Below are positions 1 through 9,230 of a DNA stretch of 64,000 nt, piece after piece. The DNA comes from Acidobacteriota bacterium. Lineage in GTDB: Bacteria; Acidobacteriota; UBA6911; RPQK01; JAJDTT01. The position numbers were made by a program, and so were the translations under genes. The notes beneath the pieces are model-generated. The model had not been told where the DNA came from, did no database searches, and saw only the letters and a list, made by a program, of their open reading frames with translations. The DNA lies in NCBI GenBank assembly GCA_965217775.1, contig CBDCJH010000002.1:4320001-4384000 (forward strand), read 5' to 3'. Positions within the stretch are counted from its first letter, which is position 1; each line of letters opens with the position of its first letter.

Positions 1-183
1 GGTGCGGACGGTCCGGATCACGTCCTCCACGCACCGGGGGAGCACCACCCCCTGGGGCATGATCTGGTAGATGCTGGCGTCGGTGGAGTAGATGGCCCTG
101 GAGATCCGGTCGAAGCGCACCTCCCCCTGGAGGGCGGAGCGGAGGGTCGATTCCAGGGTCTTGCTCAGGGATTCGGTCGCCAT
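1..183 (-). CDS. FAD-binding oxidoreductase, glycolate/D-lactate dehydrogenase-like (5' part only, runs off the window)
   Basis: Manual translation from ATG at 183 gives MATESLSKTLESTLRSALQGEVRFDRISRAIYSTDASIYQIMPQGVVLPRCVEDV, the typical YSTDASxY..P..VV.P N-terminus of FAD-linked oxidases. Confidence 0.8.
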   Translation of the reverse strand, partial: MATESLSKTLESTLRSALQGEVRFDRISRAIYSTDASIYQIMPQGVVLPRCVEDVIRTVRT

Positions 184-199
184 GCCTAACTGGCCGGGG

Positions 200-616
200 T
201 CAAGGAAGGACCGCCACGGCCTTGATCTCCACCAGGGCGTCGGACCCGCCCAGGGACTGGATGTTGATCAGGGTGTTGGCGGGATAGTCGGCGTTGGGAT
301 AGAGGTCGACGAAGAGCTCGGACCGCGCCTTCAGAAAGGGCCGCACCGATGCCACACCCACCAGATAAGTGGTGAATTCCACCACGTCCTGAAAAGAAGC
401 GCCCGCGCTCTTCAGGACGAGGCCCAGATTGGCGAACACCTGCCGGGTCTGCGCCTCGGCGTCCCCTTTACCTATGATCTCCCCCTTGGAATTCTGGGCC
501 ACCTGGCCGGCGATGAACAGGAAATGACCTCCCCGGACCCGGATGGCCTCGGAGTACTGTCCCGTCGGCGCCGGTATTCCCTCCGGCTCGATGACGGTTC
601 TGCGAGATGACTGCAT
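200..616 (-). CDS. RidA/YjgF family enamine deaminase-like protein
   Basis: YSEA..G..LFIAGQV, QTRQVFANL, PANT, LVEIKAVA motifs. Confidence 0.9.
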   Translation of the reverse strand: MQSSRRTVIEPEGIPAPTGQYSEAIRVRGGHFLFIAGQVAQNSKGEIIGKGDAEAQTRQVFANLGLVLKSAGASFQDVVEFTTYLVGVASVRPFLKARSELFVDLYPNADYPANTLINIQSLGGSDALVEIKAVAVLP

Positions 617-651
617 TCAACCGGCCTCCTTGAAAACTGCGAACACTCCGA

Positions 652-2016
652 TCAGAGGATCCCCAACGCCCACAGCAGATAGACCACGGCGAAGGAGACT
701 CCTCCCCCCACTAGCGTGCCGCCGCCGTAGCCCCAGATGGCTTCTCTCACGGGCAGACCGCTCAGCGACGTGCAGACCCAGAAATAGCTGCTGTTGACGT
801 ACTTGATGATCACCGACCCGCAGGCCCCGGCCAGCATGGCCGCTTCGGGCGACAGGGAGAGGTCATCCAGCATGGGCGCCACCAGAGAGGCCGCCGTGAT
901 GACTCCCACGGTGGTGGACCCGGTGATCATGTTTCCCAGGATGCCGATGACGAAGGGCAGCAGGATCGCCGGCAGTCCCGACGCCGCGAAGGCCTCGGCC
1001 AGCACTCCCACCGCCGGCGTCGCCTTGAGAATGGCGCTCAGGGAACCGCCCAGACCGGTGACCACCAGGATCATGGCGGAGGCCCGGAGCCCGTCCTCGA
1101 TCCAAACGGACCGGGCCGATTTCCGATCCTCGGGGCTCCGGATGTTCCACCAGGCCAGGACCAGTCCGATGGACAGGGCGATCACGGGCCATCCCAGATA
1201 CTCCAGGATCCGGCGCGCCGGATGACCCTCCTCCAAGAGGAATCGGACCACGCTCTGGCTCGAAATCAACACGACCGGAACGGCGATGGGGGCGTAGGAT
1301 CGCAAGGTTCCCGGACGGCCCGCGCCTTCCTCCTCCGAGACCGGATCTTCCGAGAACTCCTCGGAAGGAAGGGTCCGGAGGCGGGGCCCCACCAGGTACT
1401 GGCCCCACACCCACCCGGCCAGGGACCCGGCCAGGCAGGCAAGGCTGCCGTAGATGATGGTCCGGCCGATGTCGGCACCCACCAGGGCCGCGGCCGCCAA
1501 CGGACCCGGCGTGGGAGGGACCACGGCATGGGTCAATTGGATCGCGGACACCAGGCCGATGGACATGACGCCCATGCCGACGCCCATGACCCGGGCCGCG
1601 GAGTGGACCAGAGGATTCAGGATGACGTAGGCCACGTCCGAGAAGATGGCCACCCCCAGGACGAAGCCGCTCAGGGTCAGAGCCAAGGGCATTCGGTGCG
1701 CCCCCGCCAGGTTCACCATGGACCGTGTGATGACCTGGATGGCCCCGGTGTGCTTGAGGAACTCGGCGATGATGGAGCCCAGAACGATGACCACGCCGAT
1801 CTTCCCCAGGGTGTTGCCGAAGCCCTCCTGGAAGGCCTGGATGAAGACGGAGCGCCGGACTCCGGGCATCAGGCCCAGCAGGAGAAGCGGGACCATGAGG
1901 GCCAGAAAGACGTGCCACTTCCAGCGCGCCGCCAGGAACAGGAGCAGGACGACGACGCAGAAGAAACCGACCAGCGCCAGGACGGGATCGGAGATGGCCT
2001 GCCGGGAGGGGTCCAT
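652..2016 (-). CDS. GntP family (gluconate:H+ symporter-like) permease
   Basis: Very hydrophobic; GFGNTLG, HAVVPPTPGPLAAA, GSTTV, VNSSYFWV motifs. Confidence 0.9.
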   Translation of the reverse strand: MDPSRQAISDPVLALVGFFCVVVLLLFLAARWKWHVFLALMVPLLLLGLMPGVRRSVFIQAFQEGFGNTLGKIGVVIVLGSIIAEFLKHTGAIQVITRSMVNLAGAHRMPLALTLSGFVLGVAIFSDVAYVILNPLVHSAARVMGVGMGVMSIGLVSAIQLTHAVVPPTPGPLAAAALVGADIGRTIIYGSLACLAGSLAGWVWGQYLVGPRLRTLPSEEFSEDPVSEEEGAGRPGTLRSYAPIAVPVVLISSQSVVRFLLEEGHPARRILEYLGWPVIALSIGLVLAWWNIRSPEDRKSARSVWIEDGLRASAMILVVTGLGGSLSAILKATPAVGVLAEAFAASGLPAILLPFVIGILGNMITGSTTVGVITAASLVAPMLDDLSLSPEAAMLAGACGSVIIKYVNSSYFWVCTSLSGLPVREAIWGYGGGTLVGGGVSFAVVYLLWALGIL

Positions 2017-2028
2017 GGCTATGTCCGT

Positions 2029-3219
2029 TTAAGAGGAACGGGATAGAAACTGTAGGGCGGCGCCAACGCCTCCCCGACGATGGGGCACGCCGGCCAGCTC
2101 CAGACCCATCTCCACGCCGCAGAGGGTCCCCGCCAGCATCAACTCGTTGAAGTCACCCAGGTGTCCGATCCGAAAGACCCGCCCCCGCACCCTTCCCAGT
2201 CCCGTGCCCAGGGACATGTCGAAGCGCTCCAGGATCAGCTTTCGCAGCCGGTCCGCATCGTGACCGTCCGGAAGGCGTACCGCCGTCAAGGAATCCGAGT
2301 ACTCCCGCGGGTCGAGAGCCTGCAGCTCCAGACCCCAGCCCCGGACTGCCCTCCGGGTGGCTTCGGCCAAGCGGGCATGGCGGGCGAAGACGTTCTCCAG
2401 CCCCTCCTCCAGCAGCATGTCCAGGGCCACGTCCAGTCCGTAGAGCAGATTGGAGGCAGGGGTGTAGGGGAAGAACCCCTTTGCGTTGGCTTCCACCACC
2501 GGCTTCCAGTCCCAGTAGGACCGGGGCAAGCGGGCCTCCTCGGTGGCGGCCAGTGCCTTTTCGCTCAGGGCGTTCAATCCCAGGCCCGGAGGCAGCATCA
2601 GCCCCTTCTGGGAGGCGGCGACGGTCACGTCCACGCCCCATTCGTCGTGGCGGTAGTCCAGGGACCCCAGCGAGGAGATGGTGTCCACCAGGAGCAGGGA
2701 GGGATGTCCCGCGCGGTCCATGGCTTGGCGAATCGCCGCCACGTCGCTGGTGACGCCGGTGGAGGTTTCATTGTGCACCACACCCACCGCCCGAATTCGG
2801 TGGGAGGCATCCCGGGACAACCTGGATTCGACCTCGGCCGGGTCGACTCCCCGGCGCCAGTCTCCCGGCACCAGCTCCACCTCCAGCCCCAGGCGCCGGG
2901 CTATCTGGGACCAGAGTAACGCGAAGTGTCCGGTCTCGAACATGAGGACCCGGTCCCCGGGGGAGAGCGTGTTCACCAGGGCCGCTTCCCAGGCGCCGGT
3001 CCCGGAGGAGGGATAGAGAAGGACCGGGCCCCGGGTCTTAAACACTTCCCGGAGACGGCGCAGGACCCGCAGCGTCAGTTGCGCCAGTTCCGGTCCCCGA
3101 TGGTCCTCGGTGGCGCGCGACATGGCGCGCAGGACCCTTTCGGGAACGTTGGTGGGACCTGGGATCTGCAGGAAATGGCGACCGGACCGGCACCCCTCGG
3201 AGTCAGACATGGGGGCCAC
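2029..3219 (-). CDS. sgaA: Serine-glyoxylate aminotransferase family, class V PLP enzyme
   Basis: GRHFLQIPGPTNVP, HNETSTG, SQKGLMLPPG (PLP Lys), FPYTP, FRIGHLG; start may be ATG at 3210. Confidence 0.88.
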   Translation of the reverse strand: MAPMSDSEGCRSGRHFLQIPGPTNVPERVLRAMSRATEDHRGPELAQLTLRVLRRLREVFKTRGPVLLYPSSGTGAWEAALVNTLSPGDRVLMFETGHFALLWSQIARRLGLEVELVPGDWRRGVDPAEVESRLSRDASHRIRAVGVVHNETSTGVTSDVAAIRQAMDRAGHPSLLLVDTISSLGSLDYRHDEWGVDVTVAASQKGLMLPPGLGLNALSEKALAATEEARLPRSYWDWKPVVEANAKGFFPYTPASNLLYGLDVALDMLLEEGLENVFARHARLAEATRRAVRGWGLELQALDPREYSDSLTAVRLPDGHDADRLRKLILERFDMSLGTGLGRVRGRVFRIGHLGDFNELMLAGTLCGVEMGLELAGVPHRRGGVGAALQFLSRSS

Positions 3220-3252
3220 AGGATAGCAGCGCCGTCGCCGCGAATACAGGAA

Positions 3253-3412
3253 GGAGGGGCGATTTCCAGTCGCCCATTCCCTTCTCGGTCCGTTGGAACT
3301 TTGGAGTGTGGCGGTTGGAAGTCGGCGTTCCTACGGGGCGGCTGGAAACCGCCCTTCCTGTTCGGCGGTTGGAAACCGCCGCTCCTTGTTCGGCGGTTGG
3401 AAACCGGCGCTC
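3253..3412. repeat. REP/REPIN cluster of GGAG-footed palindromes
   Basis: GGAGGGGCGATTTCCAGTCGCCC followed by four inverted copies of GGCGGTTGGAAACCGCCGCTCC-like units. Confidence 0.85.
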
Positions 3413-3496
3413 GCTGTATAGTATTTGGGACATGGGCAATCGGCCCGTCTGTCCGGTCGAATGCGGGGACGATTATTTCCGCGAGTTGGGAATGCC

Positions 3497-5386
3497 ATGA
3501 AGAAAACGATCCTTTTCCTCTCCTTCATCGGGAACTTCCTTCTCCTCTCCGGCCAGGAGATGGGCCAGAAGGAGTACGTTCGGGCCAACTACGGCAAGTT
3601 CGAGTACCAGGTTCCCATGCGGGACGGAGTCCGGCTCTTCACCGCCGTCTACGTGCCCAATGACCGCTCCCGGACCTACCCCATCCTGCTCTATCGCACG
3701 CCCTACAGTTCCCGGCCCTACGGCCCGGACCGCTACCGGTCCTCGCTGGGTCCCACCCCAAAATTCGCCCGGGACGGATATATCTTCGTCTACCAGGACG
3801 TGCGCGGCCGGTACATGTCCGAAGGGGAATTCGTCCAATTGACGCCTCATCTGACGGAGAAGAGCACCCCTCAAGACATCGACGAGAGCACCGACACCTA
3901 CGACACCATCGAATGGCTGATCACCCACCTGACGGGACACAACGGACGGGTGGGCCAGTGGGGCATCTCCTACCCCGGGTTCTATACGGCGGCCGGCATG
4001 ATCGACTCCCACCCGGCCCTGAAGGCGGCTTCGCCCCAGGCCCCCGTGGGCGATTTCTATTTCGACGACTTCCATCATCACGGCGCCTTCTTCCTGGCGC
4101 ACGCCTTCACCTTCTTCGCGCGGCACGCCAAACCGAGGCCCGAGCCCACCACCGAGCCGTTGCTCCCCTTCAAATTCCCCACGCCGGACGGATACCAGTT
4201 CTTTCTGGACCTGGGTCCCCTTTCGAACCTCAACCGGGTTCACCTCAAGAGTGAGGTCCAATTCTGGAACCAGATGATGGAGCATCCCCGCTACGACTCC
4301 TTCTGGAGCAAGCGGGGGATCGTCCGGCACCTCAAGAACGTCCGCTGCGCGGTGATGACCGTGGGGGGTTGGTTCGACGCCGAGGATCTCTACGGTCCGC
4401 TCGAGATCTACCGTTCGGTGGAGCGGAACAACCCCGACATCTCCAACGTCCTGGTGATGGGCCCGTGGGCTCACGGCGACTGGGGTCGGCGATCGGGTTC
4501 GGGCCTGGGCAATGCCCGCTTCGGCTTCGACACCTCCGATTTCTATCGGGAGCGGATCATCCGTCCCTTCTTCCGCTACCACCTGAAGGGGGAGGGCAAG
4601 GCCGACCTTCCCGAGGCCTACGTCTTCGAAACCGGCGCCAACCGGTGGCGGACCTTCGATTCCTGGCCTCCCCCCTCGCTCAAGCCGTACCGCCTCTACC
4701 TCCGGGGCCAGGGGAAACTTTCTCCTCAGCCTCCCGAGACCGGTCAGGAGGGGTTCGACGAATTCGTGAGCGATCCGGTCAAGCCGGTCCCCTTCAGCCA
4801 GGACATCTCCCCCGGGATGACCCGGGAGTACATGACCGACGACCAGAGATTCGCGGCGCGGCGTCCCGACGTGCTGGCTTATCAGACCCCGGTCCTGGAA
4901 CAGGACCTGACCTTGGCCGGACCGCTGGAGGCCGAGCTCTGGGTCTCCACCACGGCCGGGGATGCCGACTGGGTGGTGAAGCTCATCGACGTTCTCCCCG
5001 ACTCGGCCCCGGACAACCGGCCCAACCCCCGGCGAGTTCGGATGGGGGGCTACCAGATGATGATCCGGAGTGAAGTGATCCGTGGGCGCTTCCGGAATTC
5101 CTACGAACAGCCGGAGCCATTCGAGCCGGGCCGGCCGACCCAGGTCCGGCTTCCCCTGCAGGACGTCTTCCACACTTTCAAGGCGGGACACCGGATCATG
5201 GTCCAGATTCAGAGCAGTTGGTTTCCACTGGTGGACCGGAACCCCCAGAAGTACGTCCCCAACATCTTCAAGGCGGGCGATGAGGATTTCATCCGGGCCA
5301 CCCACCGGGTCTACCGCTCCCCTCGGCATCCCACCCAACTGAAGCTGGGCGTGATCGAGCCGGCGGACCGTGCCCCGGAGCATTGA
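3497..5386 (+). CDS. CocE/NonD family hydrolase (peptidase S15, glutaryl-7-ACA acylase-like), secreted
   Basis: Signal peptide MKKTILF; VPMRDGVRL, RTPY, QDVRGRYMSEG, nucleophile GISYPG, WFDAED, GPWAHG. Confidence 0.92.
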   Translation: MKKTILFLSFIGNFLLLSGQEMGQKEYVRANYGKFEYQVPMRDGVRLFTAVYVPNDRSRTYPILLYRTPYSSRPYGPDRYRSSLGPTPKFARDGYIFVYQDVRGRYMSEGEFVQLTPHLTEKSTPQDIDESTDTYDTIEWLITHLTGHNGRVGQWGISYPGFYTAAGMIDSHPALKAASPQAPVGDFYFDDFHHHGAFFLAHAFTFFARHAKPRPEPTTEPLLPFKFPTPDGYQFFLDLGPLSNLNRVHLKSEVQFWNQMMEHPRYDSFWSKRGIVRHLKNVRCAVMTVGGWFDAEDLYGPLEIYRSVERNNPDISNVLVMGPWAHGDWGRRSGSGLGNARFGFDTSDFYRERIIRPFFRYHLKGEGKADLPEAYVFETGANRWRTFDSWPPPSLKPYRLYLRGQGKLSPQPPETGQEGFDEFVSDPVKPVPFSQDISPGMTREYMTDDQRFAARRPDVLAYQTPVLEQDLTLAGPLEAELWVSTTAGDADWVVKLIDVLPDSAPDNRPNPRRVRMGGYQMMIRSEVIRGRFRNSYEQPEPFEPGRPTQVRLPLQDVFHTFKAGHRIMVQIQSSWFPLVDRNPQKYVPNIFKAGDEDFIRATHRVYRSPRHPTQLKLGVIEPADRAPEH

Positions 5387-5427
5387 CTCCCTCCGGCAGG
5401 CGTGGCTAAACTGTTGAAAAGTAAATA

Positions 5428-6789
5428 ATGTTTCGCTTGGACACTCCGCACCCGGTTCCCTTTTGCGACGGCCTGAGCCGGCGGGATTTTCTCCATGCCG
5501 GCGCGCTGTCCTGCCTGGGTCTGAGCCTCGCCGACCTCTGCAGGCTGGAGGCCCGGGGCGCCGTGGACAAGAGCCGCGACGTCAACTGCATCTTTCTCTT
5601 CCTGGTGGGCGGCCCGTCCCAGATGGACACCTGGGACATGAAGCCGGAGGCGCCGTCCGAGATCCGCGGGCCCTACCGGCCCATCCCCACCAACGTTCCC
5701 GGGATCCGGATCTCGGAAATCTTCCCCCGAATGGCCCGCCATGCGGACCGCTACGCCCTGGTGCGATCCTTCCATCACAGTGTCCCCGCCCATCCCCTGG
5801 CCCACTACCTGGTCCAGACCGGCCAGACCTTCTCTCCCGGGATCGTCTATCCCAATCTGGGCTGTGCCGCCGGTTTTCTGAAGGGCGCCGAGTCCGAGTT
5901 GCCCCCTCATCTGGTCCTTCCCATCCCGCTGACGTCCCGCAAGGGACAGTCCGCCGGTTTTCTGGGCAAGACCCATGATCCTTTCCTGATCCACTCCGAC
6001 CCCTCGCGGGACGATTTCCGGATTCAGGACCTGGTTCCGCCGGAGTACGTCTCCGCCATCCGGGTGGAACGGGCCCGAGCCTTCCGGCACGTGGTCGACC
6101 GGGCATTCCGGACCTTCGAAGAGGGCAGCGCCGCGACCCGGCTTCTCGATTCCGCCTACCACCAGGCCTACAGCATCGTTTCCTCGGCCCAGGCCCGGGC
6201 TGCCTTCGACCTGAAGTCGGAGGAAGACCAGTTGCGCGACCGCTACGGGCGGAACCGGTTCGGCCAGAGCTGCCTGCTGGCGCGGCGGCTGGTGGAGGCG
6301 GGGGTCCGCTTCGTCACCATCAACATGTTCGACGATTTCGGGGGCGGCGTCTCCTGGGACGTTCACGGCTCGTCTCCCTTCAGTCCCATCACCGAGCTGG
6401 ACAAGCTGGGACCCATGTTCGACAACGCCTACACCTCCCTGATCGAGGACCTCCACGACCGGGGCCTGCTGGAGCAGACCCTGGTGGTGGCCATGGGAGA
6501 ATTCGGAAGGACTCCCAAGATCAACCCGGCCGGGGGGCGGGACCACTGGCCGTCGGTCTCGACCATCATCCTGGCGGGAGGGGGAATCCGGGGCGGACAG
6601 GTGGTCGGTTCTTCGGATCGAATCGCGGCCGAACCCCGCGATCGGCCCGTGGGACCCCAGGAGGTCCTGGCCACCATCTACAAGGCTCTGGGAATCGACC
6701 TGCATACCGATTTGCCCGGTCCCCAGAGCCGGCCCATTCCCATCGTGGACATCGGCGTGGAGCCGATTCACGAGCTCTTTGGCGGCTGA
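5428..6789 (+). CDS. DUF1501 domain protein, Tat-type signal
   Basis: SRRDFL; GGPSQMDTWDMKP, ARRLVEAGVRFV, GEFGRTPKIN, GRDHW. Confidence 0.92.
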   Translation: MFRLDTPHPVPFCDGLSRRDFLHAGALSCLGLSLADLCRLEARGAVDKSRDVNCIFLFLVGGPSQMDTWDMKPEAPSEIRGPYRPIPTNVPGIRISEIFPRMARHADRYALVRSFHHSVPAHPLAHYLVQTGQTFSPGIVYPNLGCAAGFLKGAESELPPHLVLPIPLTSRKGQSAGFLGKTHDPFLIHSDPSRDDFRIQDLVPPEYVSAIRVERARAFRHVVDRAFRTFEEGSAATRLLDSAYHQAYSIVSSAQARAAFDLKSEEDQLRDRYGRNRFGQSCLLARRLVEAGVRFVTINMFDDFGGGVSWDVHGSSPFSPITELDKLGPMFDNAYTSLIEDLHDRGLLEQTLVVAMGEFGRTPKINPAGGRDHWPSVSTIILAGGGIRGGQVVGSSDRIAAEPRDRPVGPQEVLATIYKALGIDLHTDLPGPQSRPIPIVDIGVEPIHELFGG

Positions 6790-9230
6790 TGATCTGGCTT
6801 TTCTGTTTCCTGGCGGGTGCGTTCCTCCAAGCCGAGCCCGAGCCGCTCAGGCTGCTTCCGGAGGAGATCGTCCTCTCGGGACCCAGAGCCACCCAACGGT
6901 TGCTGGTGGTGGAGTCAGCAACCGGAGAGGGATCGGTCCGGGACTGGACGGACGAAGCGCGTTTCGTGGTTGCGGACCCGGCGGTGGCTGCGATGCAGGG
7001 ACCGGCCACGGTCACGTCCGTCTCGGACGGAAGCACCACCCTCCAGGCCCATCTGCCCGACGGACGAAAGGCGAGTGTCCGGATCCGGGTCCTGAAAACC
7101 GCAAAACCCTTCCTCTGGAGCTTTCGGAACCACGTGCTGCCGGCTCTCACCAAGGCCGGCTGCAATTCAGGTCCCTGCCACGGCGCAGCCTCGGGGCAGA
7201 ACTTCCTGAAGCTGAGCCTGAGAGGCTACGCTCCCGAAGCCGATCATGCGGCGCTGACCCGGGAGGGAGCGGGACGGCGAGTCCTGACGCTGCAGCCGGC
7301 TCGAAGCCTCATGCTCCTGAAGCCCACCCTGGCGGTTCCCCACGGCGGAGGCCGGCGCCTGGCGGTGCCCTCCCGGAACTACCAGGTGCTGTCCGAGTGG
7401 ATTGCCACGGGAGCCGCACCCCCGAGGCCGACGGACCGGCGTGTCGCAAGCCTCCGGATGCTCCCGCCGCGCCTCCGGCTCCAACCCGGGCAACGGCATG
7501 GGCTTCTGGTTCAGGCCGTCTTCGATGACGGGTCCCGGGAGGACGTGACCCACTGGGCCAAATACTCCTCCACCGACTCGGGCATCCTCAGCGTGGACGA
7601 GACGGGAGCGGCGGAGGCCCGGGGCCCGGGAGAAGCGTCGGTCTCCGTCTCGTGCCTGGATCAAGTGGCCTCCGCCCGGGTAGCGATTCCAGTGAAGGAA
7701 GGGCCCGACCCGGACGCCTACGCCCGGGCTCCCCGCCACAACCGGATCGACGATCTGGTCCTGGACAAGTTGCAAGACCTGGGACTGCCGCCCTACCGGC
7801 TCTCCAACGACCATCATTTCGTCCGCCGAGCCTATCTGGACGCCATCGGAGTCCTGCCCGGCATCGGGGAGGCGCAGCGGTTCGTTCGGGACACGAATCC
7901 GGACAAGCGGGCTCGGCTGGTGGATTCGCTGCTGGAGCGGCCCGAGTTCGTGGACTACTGGACCTACAAGTGGTGCGACCTGCTGCTGGTCTCCAGCAGC
8001 AAGCTGAAGTCCCCGGCCCACCGGATCTTCTACGACTGGATCCGCCGGAACGTGGCCGAGAACAAGCCCTGGGACCGCTTCGTCCGGGAGATCGTCACCG
8101 CCTCGGGGAGCAACTACGGCAACGGCGCCGCCAACTACTGGGTGATGCACGACGAGGCCACCAAGGCGACGGAAAACATCACCCACACCTTTCTGGGGAT
8201 CTCCGTGGCCTGCGCCCGCTGCCACAATCACCCCCTGGACAAATGGACGCAGGAGGACTACTACGGGCTCTCCAGCTTCTTCTCCCGGGTGGGTCGCAAA
8301 CCGGGAGACCGGGGAGACCTGGTCATCTTCGAGAGCCCGACCGGAGAGGTCCCCTTCCCGGGACGTCAGGGCGCGCTTCCTCCACGTCCGCTGGAGGGGG
8401 ACCCTCTCGCCGAGAACGCCCCCGGCAGCCGGCGGGAACATTTCGCCGAGTGGTTGACCTCGCGGGAGAACCGCTACTTCCTGCGGGCTACGGTGAACCG
8501 GATCTGGCACCACTTCCTGGGCCGGGGGCTGGTGGAGCCGGTGGACGATCTCAGACAGACCAACCCCGCTTCCAACGAAGACCTGGTGGACGCCTTGATC
8601 CGGGACTTTACGGAGCACGGCTTCGACCTCCGTCATCTGATCCGGACCATCATGAACTCGGCGACCTACCAGGCCGGCGCCGGAGGCGGGAGTCCGCCGG
8701 AACTGGCGGAGAAGTACCACTCGCGTTTCCGCGTCCGGCGGCTACCCGCGGAAGTGATCCTGGACATGATCTGCCAGGTCACGGGCGTCCCGGAGCGCTT
8801 CCCCGGATTTGCCCCCGGAACCCGGGCCCTTCAGCTCCCGGACACCCGGGTCGCCTCCAACTTCCTCTCCACCTTCGGCCGGCCGCCACGGGAGATCAAC
8901 GCCCATGCCGAGCGGGTCAAGGAGCCCACGGTGAACCAGGCCCTGCATCTGATTCATGGGGAAGGGCTTCACCGGAAGCTGCAATCGAAGACCGGCGTTC
9001 TGAACCGGTCCCTGGAGCAGAGACTCTCCCGGCAGGAGGTGATCCGAAACCTGTACTGGGCCGCCCTGAGCCGGCCTCCGACCGGGAATGAGATGAGGGA
9101 GTTGCTGGAAACCCTGGGTCCCGCCGCCTCCACATCCTCCGGAGACGAAACCTCGGACCTGGATCGGAGCGGGCTGGTGGACCTGGCCCTGGGAATCCTC
9201 ACCAGCAAGGAATTTCTCTTCAACCACTGA
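6789..9230 (+). CDS. Ig-like plus DUF1549/DUF1553 (PSD1) domain protein
   Basis: GCNSGPCHG, RRAYLDAIGVLP, CARCHNHP, NRIWHHFLGRGLVEPVDD, C-terminal KEFLFNH. Confidence 0.9.
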   Translation: MIWLFCFLAGAFLQAEPEPLRLLPEEIVLSGPRATQRLLVVESATGEGSVRDWTDEARFVVADPAVAAMQGPATVTSVSDGSTTLQAHLPDGRKASVRIRVLKTAKPFLWSFRNHVLPALTKAGCNSGPCHGAASGQNFLKLSLRGYAPEADHAALTREGAGRRVLTLQPARSLMLLKPTLAVPHGGGRRLAVPSRNYQVLSEWIATGAAPPRPTDRRVASLRMLPPRLRLQPGQRHGLLVQAVFDDGSREDVTHWAKYSSTDSGILSVDETGAAEARGPGEASVSVSCLDQVASARVAIPVKEGPDPDAYARAPRHNRIDDLVLDKLQDLGLPPYRLSNDHHFVRRAYLDAIGVLPGIGEAQRFVRDTNPDKRARLVDSLLERPEFVDYWTYKWCDLLLVSSSKLKSPAHRIFYDWIRRNVAENKPWDRFVREIVTASGSNYGNGAANYWVMHDEATKATENITHTFLGISVACARCHNHPLDKWTQEDYYGLSSFFSRVGRKPGDRGDLVIFESPTGEVPFPGRQGALPPRPLEGDPLAENAPGSRREHFAEWLTSRENRYFLRATVNRIWHHFLGRGLVEPVDDLRQTNPASNEDLVDALIRDFTEHGFDLRHLIRTIMNSATYQAGAGGGSPPELAEKYHSRFRVRRLPAEVILDMICQVTGVPERFPGFAPGTRALQLPDTRVASNFLSTFGRPPREINAHAERVKEPTVNQALHLIHGEGLHRKLQSKTGVLNRSLEQRLSRQEVIRNLYWAALSRPPTGNEMRELLETLGPAASTSSGDETSDLDRSGLVDLALGILTSKEFLFNH

